Shown: positions 40,881 to 53,966, counted from the first letter of the stretch. The stretch: DNA of 64,000 bases from Ramazzottius varieornatus (GCA_001949185.1 BDGG01000003.1:4250174-4314173), one strand, 5' to 3'. Numbers and translations: made by a program. The notes: a model not told the origin generated them from the letters alone.

Positions 40881-41997
40881 TGATATATTTCGGTTGGAGA
40901 ATCAAACCAGCGAGATTCTCCCAAACAGAGTATACTGAAGCAGAGAACCGTTCTAATTTCTGAAATTTTGTCGTAACATAACGAACTGATTTTGTTTTGC
41001 CTGAGACCATTTTGTTTTTCGGTCCATTTTCTGCAATAGGAAAACTTCATTCTTCGGTTCTTTTTGTTGAAGTAAATCATTAGCCGAGTATCCTATAAAG
41101 TAGAGATGCTGATCAAGCTGATGGAACAGCCGCGAGCATTTGCGGTTTGTAGTTACAAGCAGTTAATCAACATTATTGAGCTCTGGCATGGTGGATATTT
41201 AAAGAGTATGTCGGTGGGGGAAATTCGAGTCATAATACATCTTTCAACCATCATGTTTTCAACGACCGAACCTTGTCAAAATATCCCCGACGACGTCAGG
41301 CGTCTTTGTAGGTCGAAATGAGGCAATAAATGAGTGGAAGAAGGGGGTCTCATTGAAGAAGCTCAAGGTTGTTCGGGGTGATTACCAGAAAGCCGCGGGT
41401 TTCCTCCAACAGAAGCCTTCCATTCATCGCCTGCAAAGACACACTATTGCGCCGAATAATTGTTGCTTGTCAGAAAGCTTCAAGAAACAAGCAAGGTTAA
41501 CCGGCATGCAGACCTCAAGTTTCATCACATGCACCGGGGAAAGATGGACAGGTGTCATGGATGCTTGCTTGTTCGGCGGATTTGCTGCCACGTGCCAGAA
41601 GGCCTTCCTTGTCTTACCTTACTTATCCTTTCGTTTTGCAGGAATGACCTGTCGACCACAAGGTGATGCGTCTCTCTTTGCTGCTCTACCACCTCGTGTA
41701 AATATCACTACGACGAACGAGACAGATTTTACGCGCTAGACCATCTGTTCCTTTTCCACTTGACTGCTGGCTGGCTTGTCCCTGCAAAGACCTGTTAACC
41801 ATCAGGTTAATCGTCAGACGCTATTATATCCACAGGTTGATTCTGTTGCACATGCTGCTTTTCTTATGAATGGAAGGACTGCCCTCAATGTCGGATGTCG
41901 TAAGAGGGCAGGTCGGCCCTCTTCATACTCTTCCTGCAGATAAGATAATGCTCCGTTACGAGTGACTTACGACATCAGGAAAAAAGTGACCATCAGT

Positions 41998-42085
41998 GGG
42001 CAAACGAATTGAACCGGTTCGTCATCTCCAGCCGCGCATTTTTTATCGTTATTAACCGGAAGAGTGCGCCACTCGACAAAGCAAC
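41998..42085. repeat. palindrome family, degenerate
   Basis: GGCAAACGAA..CCGCGCAT..GTGCGCCACTCG. Confidence 0.65.
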
Positions 42086-43580
42086 CTGCTTCATACCATT
42101 TCTCCACGTGCCAAATTTTGATCGGATAGAAAGAGCGAAGGTTGGTTCTGTACCCTAGATAAAGGAAGAATCGGAGGGATGGATTCAACAGGGCGGAAAC
42201 TGTTGCAGCTGCCAGCGGAAAGGCGTCTGAAGAGTCGATGCGGCAATTAAGTCGTATTCGTGTCTAATGCGGACCGGGAAGAAGCATCTGCTGCCACCAA
42301 GCCAAAACTAACTCTCTGACTGAATGCTCTTCAAAATCCTATTGTTGTCCAATGACACACAATACCGTAACAGGATGACCAATACAGGGATAACTTTTCA
42401 AGCTCAAGTGAGTAATATGATGATGAGCTTCAACAGCGTCTCGTGGGCAGTGTCTGTTCTGTCCATCGATCATTGTGTTCCCAGCTGACAGGTTTATGAT
42501 AGGTGGGTTTTAATTTAGCCGAAGCTCAATGTGCGAGGTGGGGGACTGATGAGTTATGGTGGGATCATAGCATGATTCATTTGCTACATGCACCGCTCAC
42601 TGAGCCGAAAACCCATAAAAATGAAAATGTCCAGTCTACACTTTAAAATTCCAATCAAAAATGCTCAACAGCCGACAGATGATTCTTCCCTCGACCATGC
42701 CGTCATAGCTTGGCCAGACAAACAAACAACACGCAATCTGCTCGTAATTTGCCAAACTGTTATGCCTGTACAGTATGTGAAACCCCGGCAGAGAAAAGCT
42801 GGTCAATCTTCATGAACCTACATACAGCGACCCTCGCGCGTGCAAAGGTACATTAGTATCCAGGTTCGTAACAGGTCGGCGCATTTGGTTTGGCGCGACT
42901 TTCGTGTGGCTCTTAAGCATCAGTTTGGTCTTACGTTACTGTATATCGTGCTTTGAGGATCTAATAATATACGTTTCGGCAGACTTCAATGACAATCTGG
43001 TGCAACGCAGGTCATTCTTGAGCAATTTGATTATTTTCACAGTGACACTTATTTTTTGAGTTTTGCAAATACGGTTGCGTTGACAAAAGCGCCGGGGTCA
43101 AGTCGGGATCACACGAGACTGTAATCAAATCGCCGTCTCTTCCCCCTCCGTTGTCGTGTTATTTGATCGGCAAGTGCGGGCTTTGCAGCGTACTTGATTT
43201 ATACCGTGTAATGCACACGTAAGGCACTTATGCCGTGGCTGGATAAAGGCCTTGCGCGTGCTTCTTGTCCATTTGATTCCATCACAACATGGAAATTACT
43301 CTCGCGCCTACTCATCATAATGTCATGTAGCGGGTTTAGATGCGACGACCGTTCAATCGTAGCTTATTTGACAATTAAATCAACCGGAAAGGCCATATAC
43401 TCTCAGGACGCAACACTTCCTTTACCACATTGCGGCTTTAACCAGGTCCTTCAGGTCCGCGCTCTCTCTGCAACCCAAAACCTGCCCAAAAACCTCGAGC
43501 ACCCTTCCCGAGAAGAGAAGAGAGCGCCAAATTTTGCACTGCCATATGCATCGAAAGACCTTCCGCCGAAATTCTACAGT

Positions 43581-43700
43581 TGGACGCGAGCAAATCAACG
43601 GAACCACATCGTTACCTCAATTGGCGCACTTTACGTTGTTAATGGCAGAAATGGTGCGCCACTTTGAAGAACGATTTGGCTTAGTTCATTTGCCGACGTG
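43581..43700. repeat. palindrome family
   Basis: CAATTGGCGCAC-N24-GTGCGCCACTT..CATTTGCCGACGT. Confidence 0.88.
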
Positions 43701-44884
43701 CAAAACAACATTTTTATTGATGTTTTTATTTTATTAATGATATGCTGACGCAGTGGAAATTCCTCCCTTCAGTAAATTTCCGCCTAAGAGAAGAAAGCAG
43801 TCTGGCGGAACTTCTGGGTCAGCAAGTTGTCTTGTCTATAATCCTCCAGCTTATGAAGGGTAAATGAACTCAAAACTGTGCCCCTTCGTGATTCGCGCTT
43901 GATCTCAGAAGTTATAAAATCATTCGCCGTCTTGTTAATGATTTTGGTACAGGTGTTCGTAGCAGCTTGCATGGCCTGTATGCACTTCCCGTCGATTCAC
44001 ACCCATTTTAAAAGACTCTCTCGTTTTGTGCTCCATTAGAAAGTTGAAAGACCCATTTCCCGTAATGACAGGAAGCGCTGCTTGTCGTCTTTGGCCTCAA
44101 CGATTCTTTTGAGAGATTTGTCTTGGTACTTTGCTGCACACTCAACGACACCCTACTATACACAACACTACTACGCCAATACGGCCATATCGATTACACC
44201 CTGAAGAACATTGGGTCAAGTTTCCACTCCTTCATTTGATGGATGCTCTATCCCTAAATTCCCTTCCGGTAGATTTCTGCAAAAGACGACTTTTAAGACT
44301 GACACATATTACACATGCTTTTTGACGGGGAAGGAAGTCAACTCGGATATTACGGGCTCTCGTGATAGCGGGACTATGCGTGAGAACAAAAACCCTCAGA
44401 TAATAATAACGAAGCCTTGGCTAAAAAGACGATACGTGCTCTATTTCGAAAATCCGGTATGGATTAACTGTCGTTAATACAATTTAAGAAGAGAAACACC
44501 TTCTCATGAGATTCAAGTATAACATGCGAGGTTTCTTGGAGGGCTTATCCACCCGAAAGCTTCGGCGATGTGGAACGTTCCGAGACTAACGTCTTGGAAG
44601 GAATGAGGAACTACACAAGACGCTTGGGAGCATACAGAGAAAAAACTCACAGTAGATTACAAGACACACAGCTGTCACAGCAAGAGCTTTCCTGTGTCCA
44701 CATCGTTAAATTTTATAAACAAGCCAATGCGTTGAACAAATTCCATCAATCGAAAAAACGGCCATAATTACAACCATTTAGAACTGTCATAATCCAATTT
44801 GAATTTTTTTTATTAAATATTTTGTCTGCGCCAGCAAAGTTTTCCCGTACACGTTGGAACTACAATGTCAGAGCATCTCAAAAG

Positions 44885-45012
44885 CTGGGAGGACGGCAAA
44901 CGAAACGTGCAAGATAGTCATCTCAAGTGGCGCTCGCCTCCAGTCAATTAACACGAAGACGTGCGCCAATTGAGATAAACACCCTATACGTTTCGTTTGC
45001 CCGTCTCCAAAA
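44885..45012. repeat. palindrome family, GGCAAACGAAACGT-arm subfamily
   Basis: GGCAAACGAAACGT..CAAGTGGCGCTC..GTGCGCCAATTG..ACGTTTCGTTTGCC. Confidence 0.9.
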
Positions 45013-45988
45013 TATTTTTCTGGTGGTTGAAGATCGATATGGAAAGGAAGCCTCTGGTTAACGGACTAACCAACGTTTTCCGCTTCGGCAAAAACTCAGC
45101 CTGTGCGAGATTGGCTAATTCGTTGTGACAGCCGGGAGCCCAACAACGATTCCCAGTGCGTTACAGCTCGTTAAGGAAAGTCACAGTTGTGGTTTGTGTT
45201 GGTTTTTTGTCAATCAGCAGTTAGGCCGCTGTCACTTCCTATCTTCCGGCCCAAAAATCAGCTGAGTATTCACAATGGGTTATTTTTCAATCGGGGCTAA
45301 TGGGGGTTGTTAGTACACAATTAGCCCAGAGCCTCACTGGATTATCACACCTTCAACGAACAACAAGCCGGAATTTTTTGTCCGATGCACCGAGGTTTCC
45401 GCTGAGCTCATTGTAAGGGGGATCGAATGGAGATGAGGACGCCAGGGACGAGTTTAGAAAACTATGAGCAATTACAGTAAAATCTTAACCTGATTTTCCC
45501 GAACATGAGACGCACGAATCACGATGCATAAGCCATTGGCTGTTTGACTTCATCTCTTATAGTGACGTTTCTGATTAATGAACTGACATGCAAGCATCAC
45601 ATCTGTACGGGCAAACAGGAGTATTGGACTAACCCATTTTGAAAAAAGGATGTTGCAACGGGTACTACGTCAGCATGAAGTAAATTTTGAAGAGTGATAA
45701 GAGAAAGTGGATGGAAAAACGATTCCAGAAAAGTAGTTTGAAACTGAATGCTGATGATGGACTGACTAATAATTTTTCGAAAATATTTCTTGGTCAAGAA
45801 AAGTTGCCAAAGTCTATTACTATAAAATTCAAATCCTCGATAAAAGTTATTGTCTGATTTGTGTATCAGTGTATGGAGGAAGGAAACATCAAAAGGAATA
45901 TTCTAAAAACACTTAGCTGAGGCGCCATAAGCGATACATTAGAGATGCTCCAGAGCAGCTTGATCCGGCAGTTGACGTTCTTCGTTCC

Positions 45989-47569
45989 CTATGCATCCCG
46001 CAGTACGGCCAGTCTAGAACAGCATCGAAACGGTAAGTTGTCGCGTCGGTAATGATCTGAACCAGATCATTCCTCAAGTGGCGCACGCACTCAGCCAACA
46101 ACACTGAAACGTGCGCCAGTTGGATGACGATCTTGGGTGAAACCATTTGCCGACTCTCCCAGTTCACCTGTAAAGCCCAGACAGCGGTTTAATCTCGTAC
46201 CGTTTGTTGAGAGCGTCCTCCTCCCTCTCCCTGAGGGTCGAAGCAGCCGTGGGCACTGCCGTTCCAGGTGTGGCGTTCGCAAGTTGGGCCATCACTTCCA
46301 AGCCATTCTCTTCGGCGACCTGGTGTATTAGTTGGTCGACTTGGTCCATAGGAGTAGAAAGGGTCGTAGCACCGCTCATTGCAGAGTCCATGACCTGAGT
46401 GCGCACATCAAGGTCCTCGAACTGGTGCTCGAACTGGTCCATTACTTTCTGAATCTGGAAGAGAGACACAATAAGCTAGCCGCGTATACGTACTGCACGG
46501 CTTACAAGAGATGATTCCGCTTACCTTTTCCAGATCCATGGACTGCATGGCTTTATCCAATGCTTTGGACACCATCCCAATATTCTGCGCCACCTACAAA
46601 ACCAGACCGTCTCCGGGTTGCAGTTCACACACGTGCCATGTAGGGCAACTGCGTAAGCAAAAGCTGGTTCTTACCGACTTCATCATCATTGCTGACTGAA
46701 CCCTGCTGGCAACCTGTACACAAGTAAGGGGAAATGAAGAACATGAATCATCATTGATCGAGTCACGGGGGTGAGATGCTCAGTTGAGGTTGTAGACTTT
46801 TGTCGACCATTACGCACCGCATCGACGCGACCGGCCATCTTTAGGAAGTTCAGGCCCTCGTTCTTCTTCCTGATCGCATTCTCCGCGTATATCCTGGCTC
46901 CTTCGATATTCTGACTTTGAAGAGCCTGAAAAGAAACAACAACAATGGCCATTCTACTGGTTACTTTAATTTAGTAAATTGAAACAAATGTTCTGTTGCG
47001 TCTCTCTTTTGGTCAGAACGGAAATTGGCCATCTATGGAACTTCAGGCTCTAGAGCGCGGCTCACAATATAGTGAGTGGACTTACGGAACCCCGCGGAAA
47101 CTAGTCGTTCTTTATGCAGGAATAAATGCTTACTTCAGCCTCATCTCATAGTTCTACTGTTACATAACCCTGTGGTGGTGGGTATAAGTCAAAACTCGGC
47201 GAACGAACTCGACAACATACTTGTCCAAGTGGCGCACGTTCCCAGATATACTGGCAGGAAGCGTGCGCCACTGGGAAAAGCAAATCTAGTCGAGTTCGTT
47301 TGCCAAGCTCCCAAACATGATCACGAAGAATACCTTCTTGACTTTTTGTTGTTGAACAGCCTGGTCTTTCTCCGACTTCTTAGCAAATCGTTCCAGCTGC
47401 TTTGACGAGAACTATTGGAAGAAGGCACCGAGGTTAGATCGGAGAAGGGAATGACAGAAAGCTGTGTGGTCCGTACCTTCAGCTGGAACAACACATCTGA
47501 AACAGAAGACGGACAATAATCAGATGAAACCCATTCAAAACTCGACTCTGTTGCCTACTCACCATCCAT
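45989..47569 (-). CDS. CHMP1: ESCRT-III subunit CHMP1 (CHMP1A-like), 8 coding exons
   Basis: MD|DVLFQLK|FSSKQLERFAKKSEKD...|ALQSQNIEGARIYAENAIRKKNEGLNFLKMAGRVDA|...VMDQFEHQFEDLDVRTQVMDSAMSGATTLSTPMDQVDQLIHQVAEENGLE...|LAVLRDA*. Confidence 0.96.
46041..46162. repeat. palindrome family (CHMP1 last intron)
   Basis: CAAGTGGCGCAC-N24-GTGCGCCAGTTG. Confidence 0.9.
47194..47315. repeat. palindrome family, near-consensus copy (CHMP1 intron)
   Basis: GGCGAACGAACTCGAC..CAAGTGGCGCAC-N25-GTGCGCCACTGG..GTCGAGTTCGTTTGCCAAGCTCCCAAA. Confidence 0.93.
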
Positions 47570-48211
47570 TTGCGGCATCTTGGGGTCGAGTTCCGAACTC
47601 CGGGAAGGCTCGGTAAGTTCAACCTGACTCCACTTCCGGTGGACACTAGATCGACCTTAGACAACTAACACAAGTAATGTTGATAATCTCCGAGAAATCA
47701 GGTTTATCGCACCGCCGAACGAGTACAGACCATATGGCGATCGACGATCCTGGGAATCACCGCTAAGAGCTACTGGGAGATACTGCGTGAAAACTATCAG
47801 GGAAGATGTCTACAAGATGGAAGAAGATGAATATCTTCAAGAGCGCAAAGTCAAGACGCCGTTTGGGAAATTGCGAAAACGAAAGGACCAGCTGTGATGT
47901 CATGCGCTAAGACATAACATGACATACAGTACATAACCAACCCAGCATCGCGCGCATTTCCGTTGTCCCAAGCGCCAATGTTTTCCGTCGTTCAAAGAGC
48001 CGAAAAATTGCTTTTCCTCATTTATGCTGTTCTGTGTCGGGCTCACAAGTTTCTTCAACATACGTAATGATACCATACGTGATGAAACCACATGGATATC
48101 TTCAGAAGTCAAAACAAACGCAAGAAAAGGCCGCAGTACTATGGCAGTGCTTATAGTTCTTGATGGCAACCACTTTAAACGATATACGAGAAACCCTTGC
48201 TTTTCAAACTC

Positions 48212-49137
48212 ATAGATATTGACTAGACAGTACGAAAAGCGCAGTTCCGACGAGAGAATGGGAAGATGGAATGGCTGTTACTGGAAAGCGTTGGTCGACA
48301 CTGGTGTACTTCCTGGTTGGCACATCTTCGACGACGTTGCAGTACTTATCGACAGGAAGAAGGAGTCATCACAGAACGCTTCTCGACATCGACCTTCAAA
48401 CTACCATGAAACAACCTTGATTAAACTTTTCCCGTAAATAATGTATAGGTTGCGATACAGAAGAACTTGAGCAACTCACCACACTCCACGATATCGCCCT
48501 CCAGGTATGGGTTCACGAGGACCGAGTCGTTTCGTGGTTGCGCAAAGGGCCAGAGAATTGGTCAGCAGAGCCTGAAATGGACAGTAGTAGCAGTCGAAGT
48601 TCCATCGCACCAGATCAAAGTAACTGAGACGGGAGTTGTACTTGAAGGCGTCGGGACTGTTCTAAACGGTGTTATTTCCAACGGTCAAGCATAAACTTTC
48701 TAAAAGAAGGCTGGAAATTGCTGAGGGTCGAGGTCAGCTAGAAGCTTGAAAATGCATCGACAGGCAAAGTCCGGTGAGCTCCCAATAGATGATGTTCGAA
48801 GGGGTGGTCCCTGCTGGTTGGTCCCTGCTGAGACAACTGAAGGCTTTCCCCTTTCAGATCCGGAAAAGGAAAGTAAGTGCCGGCGGCATTCAGTCCATCC
48901 CTCTTGGCATTATCCTGTCCGCACTGGAGGTACATTTGGGTTCCGCGACGACAGTCATAAAAGATGCAGTGACTGAAGGGAAAAGCGAAGGTGAACACAG
49001 TCGACGGGCGGTGCCCTGTTGTTCAGCAAAAGATCCGCAACTTTCCCGTTGCACATGCAATCGCTGCTCGATTGTCTGGGGTCGGCTAACGTCACTGCGA
49101 GACGTGCAAAAAGGATGAACGCCGTCCCGATCAGCAT
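48212..49137 (-). pseudogene. Probable decayed LRR cell-surface protein gene
   Basis: Signal peptide MLIGTAFILFARLAVTLA, LRRNT-like CMCNGKV, and LRR/LRRCT-like SLCLTVGNNTV*NSPDAFKYNSRLSYFDLVRWNFDCYYCPFQALL...CATTKRLG with an in-frame TAG (~48662-48664). I could not join the frames with canonical introns. Confidence 0.4.
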
Positions 49138-49399
49138 CGCTATTTTGAAGGATGGCTCTTGCCTGCAAGGGGCCAAAATAAGAATCTGATAATCGATTAC
49201 GGCTTATCGTAAATTTACTCAATCGAAAACAGTAAAGTACAGAATATTCTTCGCAACAAACGATCGCTTATCGGTAGGCGAAAAGTAGCGCCATGGCATA
49301 GATCGTTTGATGTGCGAAAACTTGACGGTCGCATTGTTCACCGATGCTAGCCTTAAATTCGGGCTGACCAAGGCGAGTTACAGTATATATTGCTTTATA

Positions 49400-52118
49400 T
49401 TACTTTGCTTTGCAGCTGTCAGCTAGCGATAAGATGCGACCGTAGGTAATCAAACTCAAGCTAATAAAGGCAAACATTTGGTCTGCGCTAGCACGAAGAA
49501 AACCTCCGTGGTTGCAAAGGGGGGAATTACAAGCACACATCGTAAAATTTCTGAATGGTCCCAAGTCAGTACTACAGTTATCGTCTCCTTCCATGTCAGG
49601 GCCGCCACAACCTCGTTTGATTCCTTCATCGTCCTCCACCTTCATACAAGAGGCTACTCTACCATAGGTGTTATCGCAGTTGACGATATCCATGTCGCCC
49701 ACGCGCTCGCACTGTCTCGGATTTCGACACGTGTAACACTGAATCACCTCCTCGTACCCTACAAGAAAGTATCGACATCAGGCAAAATACTTTCATAATA
49801 TGTGAACTCGGCAAATGAACTGAGCCAGATCGTTATCCCAATTGACGCACATTATCACCTAATAACAACCGAAACATGCGCCACTTCACATAATGATCTG
49901 CTCCAGTCCGATTGCCGGCGTCCATTTTACTTGTCATACCGATGGTTTCCGGTTCTGTTGAGCAAGACTCGAGTAGCCTCTCCGGAACGTTCCTCAGTAA
50001 GGTTCCACGCAAAGCTCGAGGTGTGAAACACACCGCACAGTCGGCGTTATCCACTCTGAAACGGTCTTGATCCGAGTAGTTCCAGCAGTTGTCAATAATC
50101 GCGGAAGGTCTCGACTCCGTACTTTGGCGATTTCTTACCCATTTAAGTAAGGCTGAGACTGCACAGTCACATCGCCATGGGTTCTGCTGCAGGTCAATAC
50201 TCCGTAGGTGCGTGTTGTTGTACTGTAGGGTATTTACCATCAGAGAAGGAAACCCTTGCAGCCGGTTCGCGGTCAGGTCCAGATCGGCTAATGCAGGAAG
50301 TGTCGCCAAAACTAGTGGAATGTCTTGCAGCAGATTATACGACAGGTTTAGAAACTGAAAGAGAATGTCGAGACAACTCACATCCATGTGTAACTTCAGA
50401 TTATTCATATGGGAGCTCGGCACGCAAACTCGATCAGATCCTTTCACCAGTGGCGCACGAACTCGGTCGTAGTGGCTGGAAGCGTACGCCATTTGGGAAA
50501 GCGATCTGGCCGAGGTTGTTTGTTGAGTTTCCATATTTTAGAGCGTACCGTGAGTTCTTTGAGTGGTTGGAATACGCCGAACGCCACTGTTCGAAAGCGG
50601 TTTTCCGCCAAATCCAGCACTTCCAGACTATTCGTATGCCAAAACAACCCGGTAGGTAAGGAACTCAGTCGCATACGTGCTAATGATATTTCTCGAAGAG
50701 CCGGAAGGAACTCGAACATTCTGCTCGCCAGCGGAAGATCGGGATTTCCGCTAACATCTAGGGACACCAAGTCGTCCTCCAGCCCACTCAGAGCATCTTG
50801 AAGACCTTTATCCAGTTTCATGTCAGACAAGATCAGCTTTTCCATACGAGCACCGTCAAAGGTATGAGCTGCCAGAATATTCTGTGAGGTCTCCCCCAGG
50901 TCAAGTACTTCCAAGTACAGTCCATGGAGCGCACCGGGGTCTATCCTTTCTATGGGGTTCCCCCGCAAACTGATGTTGCGTAATCGCGTCAGTTCTAGTT
51001 GCTGCGCCTGTATGCTCGTGAATGAGTTGTAGGATAGGTCGAGGTCTAGAAGGTGCTGACTGAATTTCTGGATGCTTTCCCAAGGCAAGTTCCGCAGGCT
51101 GGTGTTGGACAGTTTTAGCGTGTTCAGGTAGGAAAACTCTTGGAAGAAGAAGGAGGAGAGGGTGTGAGAGTTGGGCTCTGTTGAAGTAGTACCCATTGCA
51201 GAGTTCCTTCCGATGGGATTATTGCTCAGATCAAGATACTGAAATAATAGTTTAATATTTTGGTTCAATAAGTTGAAAATTCAAATTCAGTGTAATCAGG
51301 ACGTCGGCAGATGAATTCCCTCAGATGGGTTTTACAAGTGGCGGACGCTCTCGATCACCAACAGTTATAACGTACGCCACTTGAAAATGCAATCTTGTCG
51401 AGTTCGAAGATTATTTTTCCAAGTGGTGCACGCTCTCGACCAATAACGATGTAAACGGGATCCACTTGAGACAACGATCTCAGTGTAATCATTTGCCAAC
51501 GTCGCAATTCTCGTTCAACCGTGTATGGTGGGTTCGTACCTCAAGTTGTATTCTAGGACGCCGCGAGAGCTCGTCCAAAGTCCCGTCCGATACTTCGTCG
51601 ATATCGTTGTTAGACAAACTCAGGACCTTCAGGCTTGTGAGGTACCTCAACGTCAAAAGAGGCGGCATGGAGGAAATTTGGTTGTTATCCAAGTGAAGCT
51701 CGGTTAGTCGGGATAAATTGCGAAAATTGTTTTCGCTAATAAATTTTATGTTGTTATACGATAAGTTCAGCAGCTGCAAGTCATTCAGATCCTGAAAAGG
51801 CCGATCCCCAATACTGTCCAGTCGGGAGAAGGACAGGTGAAGTTCCTTCAGGGAAGTTGGTCCACCGGCAAAGTTGCTTCTTGCCATGTTGAACGTGTTG
51901 GAGGGCAGGTCATCCGCGCCGGTGATCATGACCACCTCGACATCCGAGTCCAACGTTGAGAAGCTGACATCATCCGGGACGGTGATTCCCCCACCGGAAC
52001 ATATTACGCGCCTTCGGTTTCGGGAATCGGTGTCACATTCACAAACACTGGGGCAAATAGCCTGCGAAAAATGGGCTAGCGCCAACAAGAAGAAAACGAT
52101 CCACGGGAGGTCGCCCAT
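49400..52118 (-). CDS. Secreted/GPI-anchored LRR protein with C-terminal Ly6/uPAR three-finger domain; exons 51540-52118, 50549-51238, 49940-50354, 49400-49758
   Basis: Signal peptide, LRRNT CPSVCEC, ~14 LxxLxLxxN repeats, LRRCT NPWRCDC...CFTPRALRG. A phase-1 splice leads to IQCYTC...CMK...RGC...CACNSPLCN followed by a hydrophobic tail. Confidence 0.85.
49804..49926. repeat. palindrome family (intron joining LRR and Ly6 exons)
   Basis: CAGATCG..CAATTGACGCAC..ATGCGCCACTT..GATCTG. Confidence 0.85.
50409..50534. repeat. palindrome family, full-length 126 bp (LRR intron)
   Basis: ATGGGAGCTCGGC..CAGTGGCGCAC..GTACGCCATTTG..GAGTTTCCAT. Confidence 0.9.
51299..51502. repeat. palindrome family, dimer (LRR intron)
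   Basis: GACGTCGGCAGATGA..two cores..TCATTTGCCAACGTC. Confidence 0.88.
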
Positions 52119-52869
52119 GGCCAGAGGAAAATCTCGACCAGTACACAGAAGGAAGTTTGATGCGGAAATGGCTGGAAACAAAAGCAGCCAGACCGACCGA
52201 GAACCTCTGTTCAACCCATTATTCGATGACGATGTCGACAGGCGCGACCGGACAAATATTTGAGCTGAACCCTTCTCTTCCCAAAGTTACGATCCGCTAT
52301 ATGTTCTCGGCACTGCGTATGAGAGATCGTACCGAAACTGAGGTCTCTAGTAGCATGGAAGACCTAAGATATCTTCACGGATTTTTACGAGATGAGCAGT
52401 TATTTCTTATCAGTCCTGCTGGCGCCTTGGTCCCAAGTACTACGGTGCTTACCTAAACTAGACGACCGAACAACGACCATCCAAACGTACCGTCAAAGTG
52501 GTCGTTGGCTCGTTGCATTCCTCGGGTTATTTCCGGATCCAGCGTCCGACGATACACCTGCAATCGGGAGCAGTTGTGTCAGGTGCGAACCTCAAGGCTC
52601 CAGCTCTACGCTCGTGGCTACCACAGCCCGTGATATGACACAACACAACACGACATGACATGATATGACAAACATGACTTACATTACAGTCATGCAGGTG
52701 ATCGCTATTCTAGTGTTTGTTTACCTATTCCTGGATGCTGCGTTTGTGTTTTCTTCTCATAATCTCCTTACGAAAACCCCTCACGTCTTCCTTCGCAATT
52801 TTTGTCTCTTGGACCGTCGGGGCCATTCGCTAGATGGACTGGGGAGGGAAACACTCTCTTTGAAGCAGG

Positions 52870-53966
52870 ATGTCAGCTTTGCAGAGCACCAAGTGGAATT
52901 TGGAGCGACGACTGCGCTGGACCGACTTGCCGCCGTCCACTTGCGGACTCATCAGTGCTTACTGCGTCTGCGAAGCTTTCAGAGTGCGTTACGAGATATC
53001 CGAAAGTTACCTCTCCTTCGTCAACCAAAGAGCACATGCTGGCAGCGTCGCAGAGTATCTTCTTTCTAGGTCTTGTGCGGGAATGACGGCTGCGACCTTA
53101 GCAAAAGCGGTGGACGTCATATCGGAGCAGACCATCTCTTCGCACTTCACCCCCACTTCCGGTATGTCTAAAGAACGGATAAAGTGCACTCTGCGAAAAG
53201 TTCTCGATCAGGATACGGTGGTTGTATTAACGCTGAATCTTCAAAGCTTGGATGACGACATGACTCCTCCCGACCAGCTGGCGGACGCGTGGCATCATCA
53301 TCCTGTTTCGCACTTCGTCGACGATGAAACAGTGTCCATGCTGTATCCCGAAGTTGTGTACTCGATGGAGGAGCTACATCGAATGCTGGACTGCCACTCG
53401 TGTCTTCTGATTCGGCCAGTCGATATTGCCTTCCAGACAACTAGCAGAGGAAACCTGGGTGTATTGAGAAGAACGGATGATGTCGAGTCTCTTCGCCAGC
53501 AGAAGGATCCTCAATGGCTGGATTTCGATGTGGCGGGTAACTATCATTGATTAAGAGCAACAACTCTGGTAAAAGCAACCAAGCTTTCACGAGGAAACAC
53601 GGAAGAACTCGGGAAGTGACAATGACAATCATACTATCCAAATTTTGTAACATTGTCATGTCATATGGAGTGTTTGTAATGGGTATATGACATGACATCT
53701 GGCAGTGTCGACCATCGGCTATTATACTGTAGCTTACTGCATGCGTGGCTCTACGAAGTATCTCATTCTATCTTCTGAGACAGGCGAGTACCTTATCTCA
53801 CTTCCTTGCATCATTTTCAGGTAATGTTGACGAAGTTTTACAGTGGTACGGAAAAGATCGTGAAACGAATTCCAGAGTCTGGCTTCCAGCCAGAAGTAGT
53901 CGAATCAAGATACCGGCGGCATACGAGCCGGGAATAACCGTATTTCAAAAAGCAGAGAAACAGTAA
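52870..53966 (+). CDS. Uncharacterised protein with papain/C39-like Cys-His signature; exons 52870-53536, 53821-53966
   Basis: 226-aa ORF with STCG, YLLSRSCAG, TLNLQ and DAWHH, spliced in phase 1 to ...IKIPAAYEPGITVF. Fold assignment is inference from the motif pattern. Confidence 0.7.

Noticed and set aside
32400-45900. Numerous 60-176 aa ORFs (e.g. 33533-34063, 38159-38641, 43230-43667)
   Set aside because: No recognisable domains or coherent splice structure; best explained as Dscam first intron and upstream regulatory DNA.
47661-47898. Open frame ending ...MEEDEYLQERKVKTPFGKLRKRKDQL* divergent from CHMP1
   Set aside because: No in-frame upstream start or phase-compatible exon, and no recognisable homology.
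52640-53700. ATGAC/ACATG pentamer runs (52640-52695; inverted pair 53654-53697; also ~47910)
   Set aside because: Short degenerate simple repeats with no evidence of function.
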